DNA of 63,776 nucleotides, counting the filler, from Octopus bimaculoides (Eukaryota), in the NCBI RefSeq assembly GCF_001194135.2. It is 5 parts of 5 records of this genome, joined end to end, with 100 filler letters (N's around TTAATTAATTAA, not from the genome) between each part and the next. Parts side by side here need not be neighbours in the genome. Positions count along the whole stretch, not along the records: positions 59,233 to 63,776 come from NC_068982.1; 4 more parts are not named here. One strand, written 5' to 3'. Below the pieces are notes generated by a model that did no database searches, was not told the DNA's origin, and saw only the letters and a program-made list of their open reading frames with translations. The position numbers and the translations under genes are program-made. Positions within the stretch are counted from its first letter, which is position 1, and every line of letters starts with the position of its first letter. Shown here piece by piece: positions 61,057 to 63,776 of the stretch.

Positions 61057-61598
61057 NNNNNNNNNNNNNNNNNNNNNNNNNNNNNNNNNNNNNNNNNNNN
61101 NNNNNNNNNNNNNNNNNNNNNNNNNNNNNNNNNNNNNNNNNNNNNNNNNNNNNNNNNNNNNNNNNNNNNNNNNNNNNNNNNNNNNNNNNNNNNNNNNNNN
61201 NNNNNNNNNNNNNNNNNNNNNNNNNNNNNNNNNNNNNNNNNNNNNNNNNNNNNNNNNNNNNNNNNNNNNNNNNNNNNNNNNNNNNNNNNNNNNNNNNNNN
61301 NNNNNNNNNNNNNNNNNNNNNNNNNNNNNNNNNNNNNNNNNNNNNNNNNNNNNNNNNNNNNNNNNNNNNNNNNNNNNNNNNNNNNGACCACTAACGTGGA
61401 CAAATAATGTGCTAGAAATAGATCACTAGCACATTATTTGTCCACGTTAGTGGTCAACGTTATTTTTTTTTAAATGTACCTTAATCCCCTGAGATTGCAG
61501 ATACTATTTCTGAATCTCTTTGATTCTTTAGATGTGCTGGCCTCCTGATAATTAATCGATATTAATTAATATATGATTAATTACCAGATTTTATAATA

Positions 61599-61679
<81 letters not shown>

Positions 61680-61870
61680 GTTCGCTGGACTTCGGGGCAA
61701 TGCTGGAGCACCGCCTTGCAGGGTTAATCGAATTAATGAATGGGCCACCAATATTAATTAAAGCCAGGTAGTTATTAGTCTACAGTCTCTCTTGGTGGGA
61801 ACATGGGAACGTAAACGAACCAACATCGGTTGTCAAGCCTTGGGTAAGGGGACAAAATGTAGACACAAAG
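61680..61870 (-). mobile_element. SINE family 1, diverged 3' half
   Basis: atgctggagcaccgcctt, aacatcggttgtcaagc. Confidence 0.6.
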
Positions 61871-61940
61871 ATATAGGCTAATTTCTAGCTAAATACATGT
61901 GCATACATAAAAAAAAATATTTATACATACAAACATATAT

Positions 61941-62028
<88 letters not shown>

Positions 62029-62261
62029 ACGTGTATGCATATATATATATACATATATAATATGTATGTATTATGTGTGGATATATATATATAGAGAGAG
62101 AGAGAGAGATGTATTATGTATGGATTATATATACTATGTATGTGTATACATACATACATACATACATACATACATACATACATACATACATACATACGTA
62201 CATATATATACATATCTATCTGTCTATATATATTCATATCTATCTGTCTATATATATATAT

Positions 62262-62360
62262 ATTCACTCACAAGGCTTTAGTAAATCCGGGGCTAAAGTA
62301 GAGAAAGATACTTGTCCAAGGTGCCGCGCAGTCGGACTGAACCCCAAACCACGTGCTTGC
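62262..62360 (-). mobile_element. SINE family 1, 5' fragment
   Basis: cactcacaaggcttt, cttgtccaaggtgccgcgcagtcggactgaacc. Confidence 0.7.
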
Positions 62361-62659
62361 AGTGCGATCTTCTGCGCGCATGTGTATAAAAGCGTATAGC
62401 CGATTGGCTTGTAGAGTTGTTTGCTTAAGCACATAAGCATATGCGCACGCGCGACTCAGCAATAGGCGTATGTGTGCATGCGTATCTGTATGAAAGTGTG
62501 AGCCGTTCTTTTTCCCATTCACCGTCTCTTCGTTTTCCTTTTTTTCTTTCTTTCTTTCTTTCCCTCTTTTTCCAGTCGCTTGCTGACTTGCTCACGTCAT
62601 CTCCCACTCCTCCACCTCTCTCTCTCTCTCTCTCTCTCTGTTTCTAAGTGTCTCGCTTT

Positions 62660-62706
<47 letters not shown>

Positions 62707-63776
62707 ATACAAATAACAGTATTGTTAAGGCGTGTCGAACGTTACGACTGGATAGGCGTGTCTTCGTTGCATTATTCTCATTTGCATAAATCCTCTCACT
62801 TAATTCGTTCACATAAATGAATAAATAATGTAAATACATAGATGCTTCTTTATGAAAGACATTGCAAGTCTAGTTACAAGGCATATGATATTTTGACAAC
62901 TGCCCAGCTAACACGTCGGACGGAACTCACAAGGAAAAGAGAAGAAGAGATTGTGTTATCTTTTTTTTTTCTATGACTGCTGTGGCACTGTTACAGAAGT
63001 AGTAGTAGCAGTAGTAGTAATAGTACTACTAGTAGTTGTAGGTGTTTTGATACATGTTGTGATAGTCGCTTTTAGTTTCTTTCCACCTGGCTATTAAAAA
63101 GAAACAGACTACAAGATTTTTAAACCAAACTAAACCAAACCAAACTAAACCAAGCTGCGCCGAACCAAACCAATGTGGACCTTGTTATATATTTAACATA
63201 ACTACATACCCACCCACACGTACACGGAGAGACATACACATGCGCGCATGTATACAGATACGTATACGCATGTTCGTAAACAAAGACACACATATTCACA
63301 CACAGTCAACTGGATAGTGACATATGTTTATTCAGTCACATAATAGGTGCACAGAAATCGAAGCATAATTTATACATACATACATACATACATACATACA
63401 TAGTGTATATCATGTTGTTTTTAAACAAAAACACTCATGACCTCCAATGAATGACTTTCGTAATATTTAATATCTTAGCTATCTGCAACCAGGGTTCGTG
63501 GTTTTTAAGGTTTACGGAGATGGGTGTTGCTAATTTGCAAGAGCATCGATAATAATAATAATAATAATAATTAGTAATAATAATAATATAAGAACAGATC
63601 TACACGCAAAGTTGGAAAATTGCTAACTTAAAACTTAAAACTTTTCTTTCATACTATATATATATATAATCGCCTTTAATTACAGCAAGTCATGTAACAT
63701 TAATTAATATGCAAGCAAGGCATAATTATTTACAAGAAATTTTATTTAAGTTTTAAAAATTTTATATCTGTTTTTG

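Noticed and set aside
513-63776. Long ORFs of X runs or YIYI, HTHT, CVCV, MYVC, poly-I, poly-L and poly-G repeats
   Set aside because: Translations of N gaps and microsatellites; no coding signal.
1-63776. CRISPR arrays, operons or prokaryotic defence systems
   Set aside because: Eukaryotic intron- and TE-rich DNA; no repeat-spacer array seen.

Overview
Eukaryotic, AT-rich, microsatellite-saturated scaffold with roughly 7 kb of N gaps. The two dominant tRNA-derived SINE families and the (CA/TA/CATA/AAT)n landscape look like an octopus genome; this is pattern recognition, not verified. Host genes: (1) a minus-strand gene with at least two tandem, highly divergent MAM domains, recovered from phase-compatible GT-AG exons at 29501-29705, 19385-19495 and 18045-18374 (not given as such in the ORF track); (2) two spliced plus-strand exons near 48 kb of an unidentified, probably extracellular protein. 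The rest is decayed mobile DNA: two mariners and a mariner-derived MITE, Helitron pieces, two Mag-like Gypsy elements, an L1/Tx1 ORF2 relic, an ORF1-only CCHC element, CR1-type LINEs, five R4/Dong-type (RLE) LINE fragments, several Penelope-like elements (PLE), about 20 SINE copies and a 326-bp palindromic MITE. Most interesting: (a) three unrelated repeat families carry minimal hammerhead-ribozyme-like folds, one with the compensatory U3-A8 core swap and one directly downstream of a tRNA-like head; (b) an R4/Dong RT is fused at a microhomology to an internally deleted 28S rRNA fragment; (c) a pol-less ORF1/CCHC gene lies between two related 203-bp LTR-like units; (d) RLE LINEs associate with (AAT)n SINE tails versus (CATA)n tracts. 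All structural and functional claims were made by eye and need computational or experimental checks. Most ORF-track entries are microsatellite or N-gap artefacts.
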